Source: an uncultured virus (IMG/VR IMGVR_UViG_3300044643_000328) (Duplodnaviria; Heunggongvirae; Uroviricota; Caudoviricetes). From it: DNA of 64,000 bases. Each line of letters begins with the position of its first letter. Within the stretch, counting starts at the first letter, position 1. Under the pieces are notes generated by a model that saw only the letters and a program-made list of their open reading frames with translations, was not told the DNA's origin and searched no databases. The translations under genes and the position numbers were made by a program. Below, in pieces: positions 1 to 9,000 of the stretch. Location of the stretch: IMG/VR virus record IMGVR_UViG_3300044643_000328, positions 1 through 64,000 of that record. One strand, 5' to 3'.

Positions 1-4
1 ACAA

Positions 5-379
5 GTGTCTGGTTTATTAGAGCTTGTTGTAAAGAGTAAAACTAACCCTTTAGATATGCTTACCTACCCTCAGGTGGGACCTCAATCAATAAAGATTAAC
101 TTCTCTAAAGAAGAGAACAAATATAGATTTAATCAGTTCTGGGATATAACTAAGAACCGTGGTGAGTTTACAGCTAACAACGTTCCAATGTTTGTTACAA
201 AACCTAACGGTTATCAGTTTGACATTAATGCTCAATATGTTGATTATCAGAAGCCAGCGTTACAGCATAAAAAGTTTAGACATCAATCTAATAAAGTATT
301 TTTACGTAAATTAAAGAGTAATGATGTTAAACTACTATTTAAAATATCTAACTTAAAACTTTTACAATCACCTAGGTAA
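5..379 (+). CDS. C-terminal part of a probable tail/stabilisation (tail hub) virion protein, truncated by the window edge
   Basis: The ORF is open from the window edge and lies directly upstream of the cargo-protein block, as in crAss-like gene order. Its stop overlaps the next ATG (TAATG). The function is inferred from position only. Confidence 0.4.
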   Translation: MSGLLELVVKSKTNPLDMLTYPQVGPQSIKINFSKEENKYRFNQFWDITKNRGEFTANNVPMFVTKPNGYQFDINAQYVDYQKPALQHKKFRHQSNKVFLRKLKSNDVKLLFKISNLKLLQSPR

Positions 380-3300
380 TGAATAAGTTACTAATTCATA
401 TGATGAATGCTGGTGACATAGATCACAAGATCCTTCCTGGTTTGCCTAAAGCACAGAAGGGTAAGCAAACTACGTCTAAAAAACGTGGGGAAACTGTTTT
501 GGTTGATGGTAAAAGAATGAATACTTATTCTGATGAATATGAAAAAGCATATAACAAAGGGATAGGTCAGTGGGTATCTTATGATAAAGCTAGTGGACAA
601 TGGAACCCTCTTCCGGGTAACTTACCTAACTCTGCATATAACAATGCAGAATTTGTAAGTGGGGTAGTTGATCTACCAGAAGTTACTGTTAGTTCTAAAC
701 TAAATCCAAATGTAGCATCTGCTAGAAAGAAAGCTCAACAACAATTAGGTTCATATGAGGATTATGTAAAAGGTCAACAATCTACTGTTCCAAAATGGGC
801 AGAACGTATGGGCTTCAATAATAAAGAAGCTGATAGAAAGATTTATGATCAAAACTATGGTAACTTATTAAATACAAGAACTTACCAGAATTTAGTTGAT
901 GCTATACCTCAAAAAGAAAATGAGAGTAGAGTTAACTACATCAATAGATTTAATAATCTTGCTGGTAAAAACGCTGTATCTCTTGCTAGACAAGCTAATG
1001 TTACAGAACCTTTTGATCCAAACAACTTATATAAATTAGGTCAATGGGGTTGGAAAGGTCTTAATCATATTGCTGCTCTTAATCAAGCTATGTCACCTTC
1101 AAATACTAGAGGTTTTATGCCTACTATACAAGAAGGTATAGACAGAGGTAATATGCCTATACCTGGTATGTTACCTGATGAGGCTAAAGAAATTGGTATA
1201 ACTCAACCATTTGAAACAGTTGATGATCTTGCGTATCGTTATGGTTTTAGACCAGCTTTAAAAGCAGGAGACAACTTAATGAATCCAGCTGGTAGTCAAT
1301 CTCGTAATTTTAATAGTAGGTATCTTGGTGCTTCAGATGAAGACAAGGTGTTTACAAGTTTAATGAATCCGTTAAACTATATAACAGGATCAGAACTACT
1401 TAGCGGTGGTAAAAATATAGCTAAAGCTACTAGATTAGGAGAAGGTTTAGAAACTGCAGGTAAGTTTTTAACTGAACGTACTCCTTTAAGAAATACTTAT
1501 AAGATTAATCCTTTTGCTTTTACACCAGAAGAAACATCTGCCTATAGAATGATAGGAGATGATGCTGGTGTACAAGATTTAATTACCTCAGGTAAAGTGA
1601 GACCAAGCGTTCAAGGAAGTGATCTTGGACGTACACATTCTCAAACGTTTTATTCACAAGGAGTTCCTTATGATGGTAGAACTTATCCAAAATATGGAAA
1701 GCAGTTTAGTAGAGGTTTTGAAGGTCCAAACATGGTTGAAGTTCCTAACTACGCTGATAACTCATCATTTGGTTATGGACCAGCAGGAAAACAAGTAGGA
1801 GCTCAAGCTTTGACTTATCCTGGTTCAGAAATTGGAATTAATAATGTAAATCTTTATAAACAAGATTGGTTACAAGGATATAAAAAAGTTAACAACTTAC
1901 TTAACTCATCATCTAGAAAAACTAATTTAGATGACTTAATGTATGCTAAGAAAGTATATGGACCATTAGGATATCAGATACCTGAGAACTTAGAAAGAAT
2001 ATCTCAATCAGATCTTTTAACAGATAGAACTATTCGTGGGTTAGTAAATAGAGATAACTCATTTTATAGAGGTGTTAACGTAGACTTAGAAGCTCTTAAA
2101 CAAAGATTGATAAATAAAAGTAATTCATTTAAACAGTTTAATAAAAACCCACAAGAAGATCCGTTATCTAAATTTGATAATCTTATTGCAGAATTAAGAA
2201 GTGCTAATATAGATCCTAATGATTCTGAGGAAGTAGCAAAGTATATGGCTACACATATCCCAGGTGAGACAGGAGCTGGTAGATTTGGTGTTGACATGGA
2301 TCAACTTGCTAAAAAAGGATTAGATGCTTTATATACGTCTAACTCTTTAGGTACTGCTGAAGGATATACCTATGGAAAAGGATATATAGTTAAAGCAAAA
2401 AAACCTACAGATTTTAGTTCTAGTAATAGAAGAGCGTGGATTAATAATAATGTTCCTGATATACAAACTGGAGATAATTATAAATTAAGAACATTTTCTT
2501 CTAAACCTATAAGTTGGAAAACTGAATATGAAAAACTTGATCAAGACGTAATAAATAACTACAGAGAAAAGTTAGGTTATGAAAGATTAGTAAAAGAGTT
2601 TCCAGAAATTTTATCTGATGAAAGACATACTTGGGAAAGTATTGTTCCTGAAATGCAGCAGATTAATGATAGAAGAAACCAGTTAAGACAAATTGCTGAT
2701 GAAGAACAAGAAATAGCTCGTGCACGTTATGAAGATGATGCATTTACTACTAAGGATAGACTAAATAGATTTGAAGGCAGATTTGATTTAAATAATACCC
2801 CAAGGTATCAAAGAATTATAAAAAGGTTAACAAGTCCTTCTTTTATAAAAGATGTTTTTATGGACGCTTATTATGATAAGAAGCTAGGAGATATTAATAA
2901 GATAAACTCAAAAGCTTGGAAAGAAGCGTCAGTTATTCCATGGCTTGAAAGATACCCTGATTTAGCAAACGCCATTCCAGAAGTTAACCCTTATGCTCAT
3001 TATATACATATTGGTAAACCTGGTCAAAAAGTATTAGAACCCATGTCAGTACAAAAGATATCCCCTGAAACTTGGATAAATAAAAGTAGAGGTCACCAAG
3101 GACAATATTCAAGACAAGCTACTAGAAGAGAGTTTGGTGGTGAATATGATGCTCCTCAATATATGATGGGTGGTCAACCATGTTATGAATGTGGAGGCAG
3201 TGTTAAAAGATATGATGTAGGTGGATTTTATGATTGTCCTGATCAAGAAAAAGATCCTGTAACAGGTAAATGTGCGGCTGATGTAGCTAGAGGTAGACAA

Positions 3301-5877
3301 GCAAATGCTGCTAATAAAGCTGCTACTAAAGATATGAACTCATGGGCTAAGCAAGTAGCTGCTATGGATAAAGAACTTGCTAAACAATATGCTGCACAAG
3401 ACGCAGGTCAGATAACTTTTGATTATGATTGGATGCAGAATCGTTTAGATAAAGCTGATAAGAAAGCAGCTGTTGCAGGATATAAACAATTCTTTCAACA
3501 GAACCCTAATGTGTTTGTAGCAGATGATACATCTGGATATAGTCCTGAGCAAAAGTATATTATTGCTAGTAAGTTAAAACAGAGAATGAGTACTCCTATG
3601 GGGTCTAAACTTGCTCAACAACAGTTTGGTGTAGATCCTAGATTTTATGATTTACAACGCATGCAGTCTGAGATGGCTCCTAAGATGGGTGGATGGAATG
3701 GTATGAGAAACTGGTTGTTTAATGTATATAAACAAGACGGTGGTCCTATTGTAGATCCTCGCGGTCAGTGGGCTCACCCTGGTCAAGTAACTCGTATACC
3801 TAGTTCTAATATAACTATGCAAGGTGTTCCTTATCCTGTATATGGTGTAGGATCTAATGGTCAAAAGCAGATGATGTATCCAGGACAAGAGTATAACTTT
3901 GGCGGTGCATCTTATGTAGACGAGTATCCTATGATGCAGTTTGGTGGAGGAACATTACTTGGCCCTTCTCCAATGATAATGTCACTAGCTTCTAAAGTTG
4001 CTAACTTTTTTTCTAAACCAAAGAGTTCAGGAATAACGGATGCTATGCGTAAATCAGCTAAAGATCTTTTTTATACGTCATATAATCAAATGAATAGTGC
4101 TTTCTATGATAAAAATGAAAAGTTTTATGATAAGCTAAGAGCTAATGATACAAAAAAATACGACAATTCATCTAATTCTATAAACTTATCTTCTGGTCGT
4201 TTTAGAGGAGCTAAGGTAGCACCAGCAATGATTAATGATATAGTTAACGCAGCTAAAGCTAATAATGTAGATCCATGGGTTATGTTATCTCTTGTAGGTA
4301 GAGAATCTACTTTTGGTTCTGACAAGGAGTATGTTAACCACAGAGAAGCTGGTAATAAGCAAGACTTAATTTCAGGTTGGAATGTAGCAGAAGATTATCA
4401 ACCCTATGAAGTAAATAGATACTTAGCTGATAAAAAAGTACCAGGTATTAAAGTACTTAAAGATAACAGTGGTTGGAATTATGAAGTAGAAGATGGACAA
4501 GCTATAGAAAATTATTTAAAAAGTAATCCTAATATTATAGATGGGTATTATAAAAAACTAGAATCTACACCTGATCTTGGTAACTTAGATAGTTTTTCTC
4601 TTGCTGCTCAAAGAATTAAGAAGAAAGGTATTCAGAATTACAACCCTGGTGATCCTAGGTATTCTTCTATGGTAAATCAAGATATGGGTCTTTTAAAACA
4701 AGATGCTGCGTTAAAAGCATATATGAAGACTCTAGGCTATAAAGAAGGTGGGGAATTTGGGGAAGGACTTCTTAGTAAGACTGTTAGTTGTTCTAATTGT
4801 GGTTGGTCTTGGGAAGCTGTAGATGGTGGATCTGATCCATTAACTTGTCATAAGTGTGGTGGTATTGCTAAAATGAAAAACGGTGGATACATTGTAACTA
4901 GAAGTAATGATCGTAAAGGTAAAACACATAAAGTGACAGGACCTGATGGAACTGTTAAATATTTTGGTGATTCTAAACTAGGTCAACATCCTAAAGATCC
5001 AGAACGTAAAGCAGCATTCTATGCTCGTCATAAAAAGAATTTAGATGGTAATCCATACTTTAGAGCATTTGCTAAAAAGACTTGGGAAGATGGTGGTACT
5101 ATAAAAATGCAAAGAGGTGGTATGAGTAGTGCAGACAGCGTAAGACATCAAGCTGGTAAGATATTAAAATATGAACAGTTAAGAGGTGGCCCTGGTGGTA
5201 CTCCTCTACCATACTATAGTGATCCTAGCTATATGAACATGTTAATGAATGATATTTACCCACAGGTAAAGAAATTATTTCCTAACGCTAGTGCTATGGA
5301 AGCTGGTGAAGCTATGGATTTTATATTCAACGCTGGTTGGGATAAAGCTAGTAAAAAAATAACAAAAGATCCTAGAGCTTATGCTTTACAGGAATACTAT
5401 AGACAATATGATCCTTCAAAGTTAGATGCACAAGGAAACTGGTCAGGTAGAAAAAACCCTGCTTATTCTTTTGATCAAGAGTATAATTCTACAATAGGAA
5501 AGCTTTCTGAAAATCAAAGAAGAGTGTTAATGAACAAAGGAAGAGATTGGTATTATAGAAACATAAACAATCCAGCTCCAGGAGTTCCTAACAGTAACTA
5601 TGATGATACTTGGTATGGACGTATATGGAATACTAATGACTTTTTACCTTTTAATCCAAACAACCCAAATTTTAAACCTAAGAAAGAAGATGGTGGAGAA
5701 CTTAGTTTATGGGATATGATTAAGATGGCTCAAGGTGGGGAGATGATTCGTAGAGCAGATGGCTCATATTCTAAACGTGGATTATGGGATAACATTAGAG
5801 CTAACAAAGGGTCAGGCAAAAAGCCTACTAAACAGATGCTAGAACAAGAACGTAAAATAAAATCTAAAAATAAATAA
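379..5877 (+). CDS. Large modular (polyvalent) virion cargo protein with two ART-like regions, an SLT-like and a GH108-like muramidase, a Zn finger and small basic modules
   Basis: 1832 aa. Motifs: AYRMIG (~1540); FYRG...LYTSNSLGTAEGY (2062-2367); AAKANNVDPWVMLSLVGRES (SLT-like, ~4250-4310); CSNC..CHKC (4789-4857); ILKYE..MDFIFNAG..RDWYY..WYGRI (GH108-like, ~5160-5630). Repeated xxxGG motifs lie between modules. Confidence 0.65.
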   Translation: MNKLLIHMMNAGDIDHKILPGLPKAQKGKQTTSKKRGETVLVDGKRMNTYSDEYEKAYNKGIGQWVSYDKASGQWNPLPGNLPNSAYNNAEFVSGVVDLPEVTVSSKLNPNVASARKKAQQQLGSYEDYVKGQQSTVPKWAERMGFNNKEADRKIYDQNYGNLLNTRTYQNLVDAIPQKENESRVNYINRFNNLAGKNAVSLARQANVTEPFDPNNLYKLGQWGWKGLNHIAALNQAMSPSNTRGFMPTIQEGIDRGNMPIPGMLPDEAKEIGITQPFETVDDLAYRYGFRPALKAGDNLMNPAGSQSRNFNSRYLGASDEDKVFTSLMNPLNYITGSELLSGGKNIAKATRLGEGLETAGKFLTERTPLRNTYKINPFAFTPEETSAYRMIGDDAGVQDLITSGKVRPSVQGSDLGRTHSQTFYSQGVPYDGRTYPKYGKQFSRGFEGPNMVEVPNYADNSSFGYGPAGKQVGAQALTYPGSEIGINNVNLYKQDWLQGYKKVNNLLNSSSRKTNLDDLMYAKKVYGPLGYQIPENLERISQSDLLTDRTIRGLVNRDNSFYRGVNVDLEALKQRLINKSNSFKQFNKNPQEDPLSKFDNLIAELRSANIDPNDSEEVAKYMATHIPGETGAGRFGVDMDQLAKKGLDALYTSNSLGTAEGYTYGKGYIVKAKKPTDFSSSNRRAWINNNVPDIQTGDNYKLRTFSSKPISWKTEYEKLDQDVINNYREKLGYERLVKEFPEILSDERHTWESIVPEMQQINDRRNQLRQIADEEQEIARARYEDDAFTTKDRLNRFEGRFDLNNTPRYQRIIKRLTSPSFIKDVFMDAYYDKKLGDINKINSKAWKEASVIPWLERYPDLANAIPEVNPYAHYIHIGKPGQKVLEPMSVQKISPETWINKSRGHQGQYSRQATRREFGGEYDAPQYMMGGQPCYECGGSVKRYDVGGFYDCPDQEKDPVTGKCAADVARGRQANAANKAATKDMNSWAKQVAAMDKELAKQYAAQDAGQITFDYDWMQNRLDKADKKAAVAGYKQFFQQNPNVFVADDTSGYSPEQKYIIASKLKQRMSTPMGSKLAQQQFGVDPRFYDLQRMQSEMAPKMGGWNGMRNWLFNVYKQDGGPIVDPRGQWAHPGQVTRIPSSNITMQGVPYPVYGVGSNGQKQMMYPGQEYNFGGASYVDEYPMMQFGGGTLLGPSPMIMSLASKVANFFSKPKSSGITDAMRKSAKDLFYTSYNQMNSAFYDKNEKFYDKLRANDTKKYDNSSNSINLSSGRFRGAKVAPAMINDIVNAAKANNVDPWVMLSLVGRESTFGSDKEYVNHREAGNKQDLISGWNVAEDYQPYEVNRYLADKKVPGIKVLKDNSGWNYEVEDGQAIENYLKSNPNIIDGYYKKLESTPDLGNLDSFSLAAQRIKKKGIQNYNPGDPRYSSMVNQDMGLLKQDAALKAYMKTLGYKEGGEFGEGLLSKTVSCSNCGWSWEAVDGGSDPLTCHKCGGIAKMKNGGYIVTRSNDRKGKTHKVTGPDGTVKYFGDSKLGQHPKDPERKAAFYARHKKNLDGNPYFRAFAKKTWEDGGTIKMQRGGMSSADSVRHQAGKILKYEQLRGGPGGTPLPYYSDPSYMNMLMNDIYPQVKKLFPNASAMEAGEAMDFIFNAGWDKASKKITKDPRAYALQEYYRQYDPSKLDAQGNWSGRKNPAYSFDQEYNSTIGKLSENQRRVLMNKGRDWYYRNINNPAPGVPNSNYDDTWYGRIWNTNDFLPFNPNNPNFKPKKEDGGELSLWDMIKMAQGGEMIRRADGSYSKRGLWDNIRANKGSGKKPTKQMLEQERKIKSKNK

Positions 5878-5879
5878 GT

Positions 5880-8800
5880 ATGTTTACCTACGACTTTATC
5901 CCTAACTTTGCTACAGGGAAAAACAGAATAGTAAGATTTAGATCTTCTAAAAGAAATAAACAAAACGGTGGTCAACTAAACCAAGCTCAGTTTGGTATGC
6001 AAAAAGGTGATACCTATGATCCATATGCTGCTAAAGCTGCTGAAGCTTCACAGAACGTCAATATGATGAATCAGTACCAAGCTAACATGCAGCAAAATAA
6101 ATCTAACATGGCTAATGGTTTAGAAAGTGCTTTAAGGCAAAACTTTATTATGGACAACCAAAATAAACTTAAATCTTTCTTTGATAATAATCTTAGGTCT
6201 TTTCTTAATAAAAAGCAGCTTGAAGACTTAAGCAGATTTACTCCTAAGTATACTATGGATAGTGCTACAGGAGCTGTAACTATTCAAGAACCTACTTTTA
6301 AAACAGACCCTGCTGAGTATGGTCAAGGGGGTGGATATATGAATGATCAATATATGTATTATGCTCAAGGTGGTATGGAAGTACCACGTCAAGAAGATTT
6401 TCCTGATTATAACAGCTTTGCTGCTGCTATGCAAGAATGGGAACAAATGGGTCAGTATAATAACTATATGAATTCTCCAGCTATGATGGCTGATAGTATT
6501 CCTATAGCACAACCTGTTGTAGGGGTTCCTCCTGCAGCAGTACCTGCTCAAGCTGCACAGGTTGCTCTCAATCCGTATCAAGGATCAAGTGTATATGACT
6601 TTTTATCTGCACAAAATAAAGCTGCAGATTATACTAGTAGAAAAGCATTAGCTAGTCAATTAGGTATTAAGAACTATCGTGGAACAGCTGCTCAGAATCT
6701 TCAGATGATAAGTATGTTGCAACAATCTCCTGATCTTCTTCAATCCTATACACCATCTACAGCGGGTAAAAGTTCTAAAACTGTAACAGTTATTGATCAA
6801 CAAGGTAACCCTGTACAAGTTCCTGCAGATAGTACATCTACCCCTAAAGATACAACAACTAGTAGAAAAACTCCTATTCTTCCTAAGAAGCAATCTAATG
6901 AAACTGAAAATGGTTATGTAGCTAAAGTTCTTGGTATTGTTGGTGCTACTGCAGCTGCAGGTGGATTAACTTATCTTGAATCTCAAGCTATGTTAAAATA
7001 TATTAATTCTGGTGCATTTAAGTTAAGTGATGCAGCTAAAGCTAAAATAACACAAGCTGTTGAAAACTTGACAGCTCAAACTGCAACTAATGCTACTAAA
7101 GGTATTAAGGATGTTGCTGATTGGTTTAAAGGATTACCATTAAGACAAAGAAATATTCTTAAGACTTTAGATGCTGCTGAAATTCCTGGGGTTGTTCACA
7201 CTTTAAAATCTGGTACAGCTGCTAATGATTTATCAGCTTGGAAGATGTTACAAGAAGCTAATGCAGAATCTAGTATTCTAAATAGAGCTGAAGCTGCAAA
7301 TGCAATTGATGAAGCTGCAGCAGAAAGTAAAGCTCTACGTAGTTTTAATGCAAAGAAGAGTGCGGCTGCTCGTCAGAGTAAATTAGTACAGAATATATCT
7401 GATAGAACAAGTGCTGCATTAGCTGCAGTAGAGGGAGAAGAAGCTTATATGAATGCACTTGAAAAAGCTAAAGGAGAAGCTAAAGCTTTGCGTAGTTTTA
7501 ATGCACAAAAAGCTGCAGCTATTCGTTGGGGTAAACCTGTACCTAAGTTTCCTACATTACCAGGAGCTGCTGCAAAAAGTGAGAATGCTTTTATGGGAGC
7601 TTTAAGAGAAGCTAGTGCTGCTGCAACAGAAACTCCTTGGCTTAGAAATACATTGAAGTTTATGAAACGTATGCCTAAGTTTCAAGAAGGTGGTGAGCCA
7701 GATTCACTAGGAGAAAACATCTTAGAGTGGGTTGATCCTACAGGTATTAGCTCATGGGATGATGTTCGTAGAAGTTATAACGATCCTAATGCTGCTTGGT
7801 GGGAGACCGGTTTAGAAATGGCAGGTGCTATACCAGTATTTGGTAAACTTGGTAAAGCCGGTAAAGCAGTAAAAGCTGCTGCTACAGCTGGCAAAGCTAC
7901 CAAAGCTAGCAAAGTTGCTAATGTTGCTAAAAAAGTTTGGACAGGTACAGGTAAAACTTTAGATTGGGTTGGTGGAGCCGCACCTCAAAGATTTATTGAT
8001 CAAAGTATTAATCCTTTGACAAGAGGTATGGGTGTACTCACTGCTAGAGGTTTACAAAATGCTCCATCATGGGTTGGCAAAACTGCTAGTTTTATACAAC
8101 CTTTACAACAAGGTCAAAGATTTTGGAAAGGTGTTGGTGATGTAACAGGTTCAGGTCTTGGTATGATGAGAGTTCCAGAACCAGTTAACGAACAGGTTAA
8201 CATTATGATGCCAGACGGATCAATTGTACCTATGTCTTCTACTGATCCTGAATTAAGTAATTTAGTTAATCAGAATATGATTGATACTGCTCAGGGTACT
8301 GGGTATGACGCAAATACAAATTCATGGAAAGCTAGAAAAGGTATTAAGTATAAAGGTAAAAAATATAAAAACGGTGGGTACTATAACCCAATGACTATGA
8401 TGGCAGAAGGTGGTGAACCTAATGGCGGTATGGCATTAGGACAAATATCTTCTGTAGCTGATAAAATGAATAAGCTACGTCAGTTTGTTTCACCAGAACA
8501 AAACTTAGATCCGTGGATTGCTTCTAAGCTAGCAGTTATGGATCATTCAGCTAATGCTATTTCTGACTATATGATGTATAATCCTGAATCTCAAGGTGAA
8601 GAGATGGAAATGGAAGAACAAGAAATGAGAAGAGGTGGTTCTACATTTAGTGGAAATGCTTGGTATAGAAACGGTGGAACAAACAATCCAGGATTTAGAG
8701 CTCTACCAGATTTTGTACAAAATCAAATACTTTCTAACATGGCTTATGGAGGAATCCAAATAGATCCAGCTAAGAGAGGAACATTCAAAGCTCAAGCTAC

Positions 8801-8996
8801 TCGCATGGGTATGGGAGTACAAGAAGCTGCATCTGCAATACTTAATGCACCAGAAGGAAAGTATAGTCCTGCTATGAGAAAAAAGGCTAACTTTGCTAAA
8901 AACTTTGCTAAGCAACAAGGTGGTCAAGTTTTAGATGTTACTCCAGAAGAATTAGAAATGCTTCGTCAACAAGGTTATCAGTTTGAAATAATGTAA
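5880..8996 (+). CDS. Modular virion cargo protein with a DUF3597-like peptidoglycan-binding module, hydrophobic segments and a PT-TG-like motif
   Basis: 1038 aa. SVYDFLSAQNKAADYTSRKALASQLGIKNYRGTAAQNLQMISML resembles DUF3597. LEMAGAIPVFGKLGKAGK resembles the pre-toxin TG motif. About ten xxxGG motifs are present. Confidence 0.55.
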   Translation: MFTYDFIPNFATGKNRIVRFRSSKRNKQNGGQLNQAQFGMQKGDTYDPYAAKAAEASQNVNMMNQYQANMQQNKSNMANGLESALRQNFIMDNQNKLKSFFDNNLRSFLNKKQLEDLSRFTPKYTMDSATGAVTIQEPTFKTDPAEYGQGGGYMNDQYMYYAQGGMEVPRQEDFPDYNSFAAAMQEWEQMGQYNNYMNSPAMMADSIPIAQPVVGVPPAAVPAQAAQVALNPYQGSSVYDFLSAQNKAADYTSRKALASQLGIKNYRGTAAQNLQMISMLQQSPDLLQSYTPSTAGKSSKTVTVIDQQGNPVQVPADSTSTPKDTTTSRKTPILPKKQSNETENGYVAKVLGIVGATAAAGGLTYLESQAMLKYINSGAFKLSDAAKAKITQAVENLTAQTATNATKGIKDVADWFKGLPLRQRNILKTLDAAEIPGVVHTLKSGTAANDLSAWKMLQEANAESSILNRAEAANAIDEAAAESKALRSFNAKKSAAARQSKLVQNISDRTSAALAAVEGEEAYMNALEKAKGEAKALRSFNAQKAAAIRWGKPVPKFPTLPGAAAKSENAFMGALREASAAATETPWLRNTLKFMKRMPKFQEGGEPDSLGENILEWVDPTGISSWDDVRRSYNDPNAAWWETGLEMAGAIPVFGKLGKAGKAVKAAATAGKATKASKVANVAKKVWTGTGKTLDWVGGAAPQRFIDQSINPLTRGMGVLTARGLQNAPSWVGKTASFIQPLQQGQRFWKGVGDVTGSGLGMMRVPEPVNEQVNIMMPDGSIVPMSSTDPELSNLVNQNMIDTAQGTGYDANTNSWKARKGIKYKGKKYKNGGYYNPMTMMAEGGEPNGGMALGQISSVADKMNKLRQFVSPEQNLDPWIASKLAVMDHSANAISDYMMYNPESQGEEMEMEEQEMRRGGSTFSGNAWYRNGGTNNPGFRALPDFVQNQILSNMAYGGIQIDPAKRGTFKAQATRMGMGVQEAASAILNAPEGKYSPAMRKKANFAKNFAKQQGGQVLDVTPEELEMLRQQGYQFEIM

Positions 8997-9000
8997 TCAT

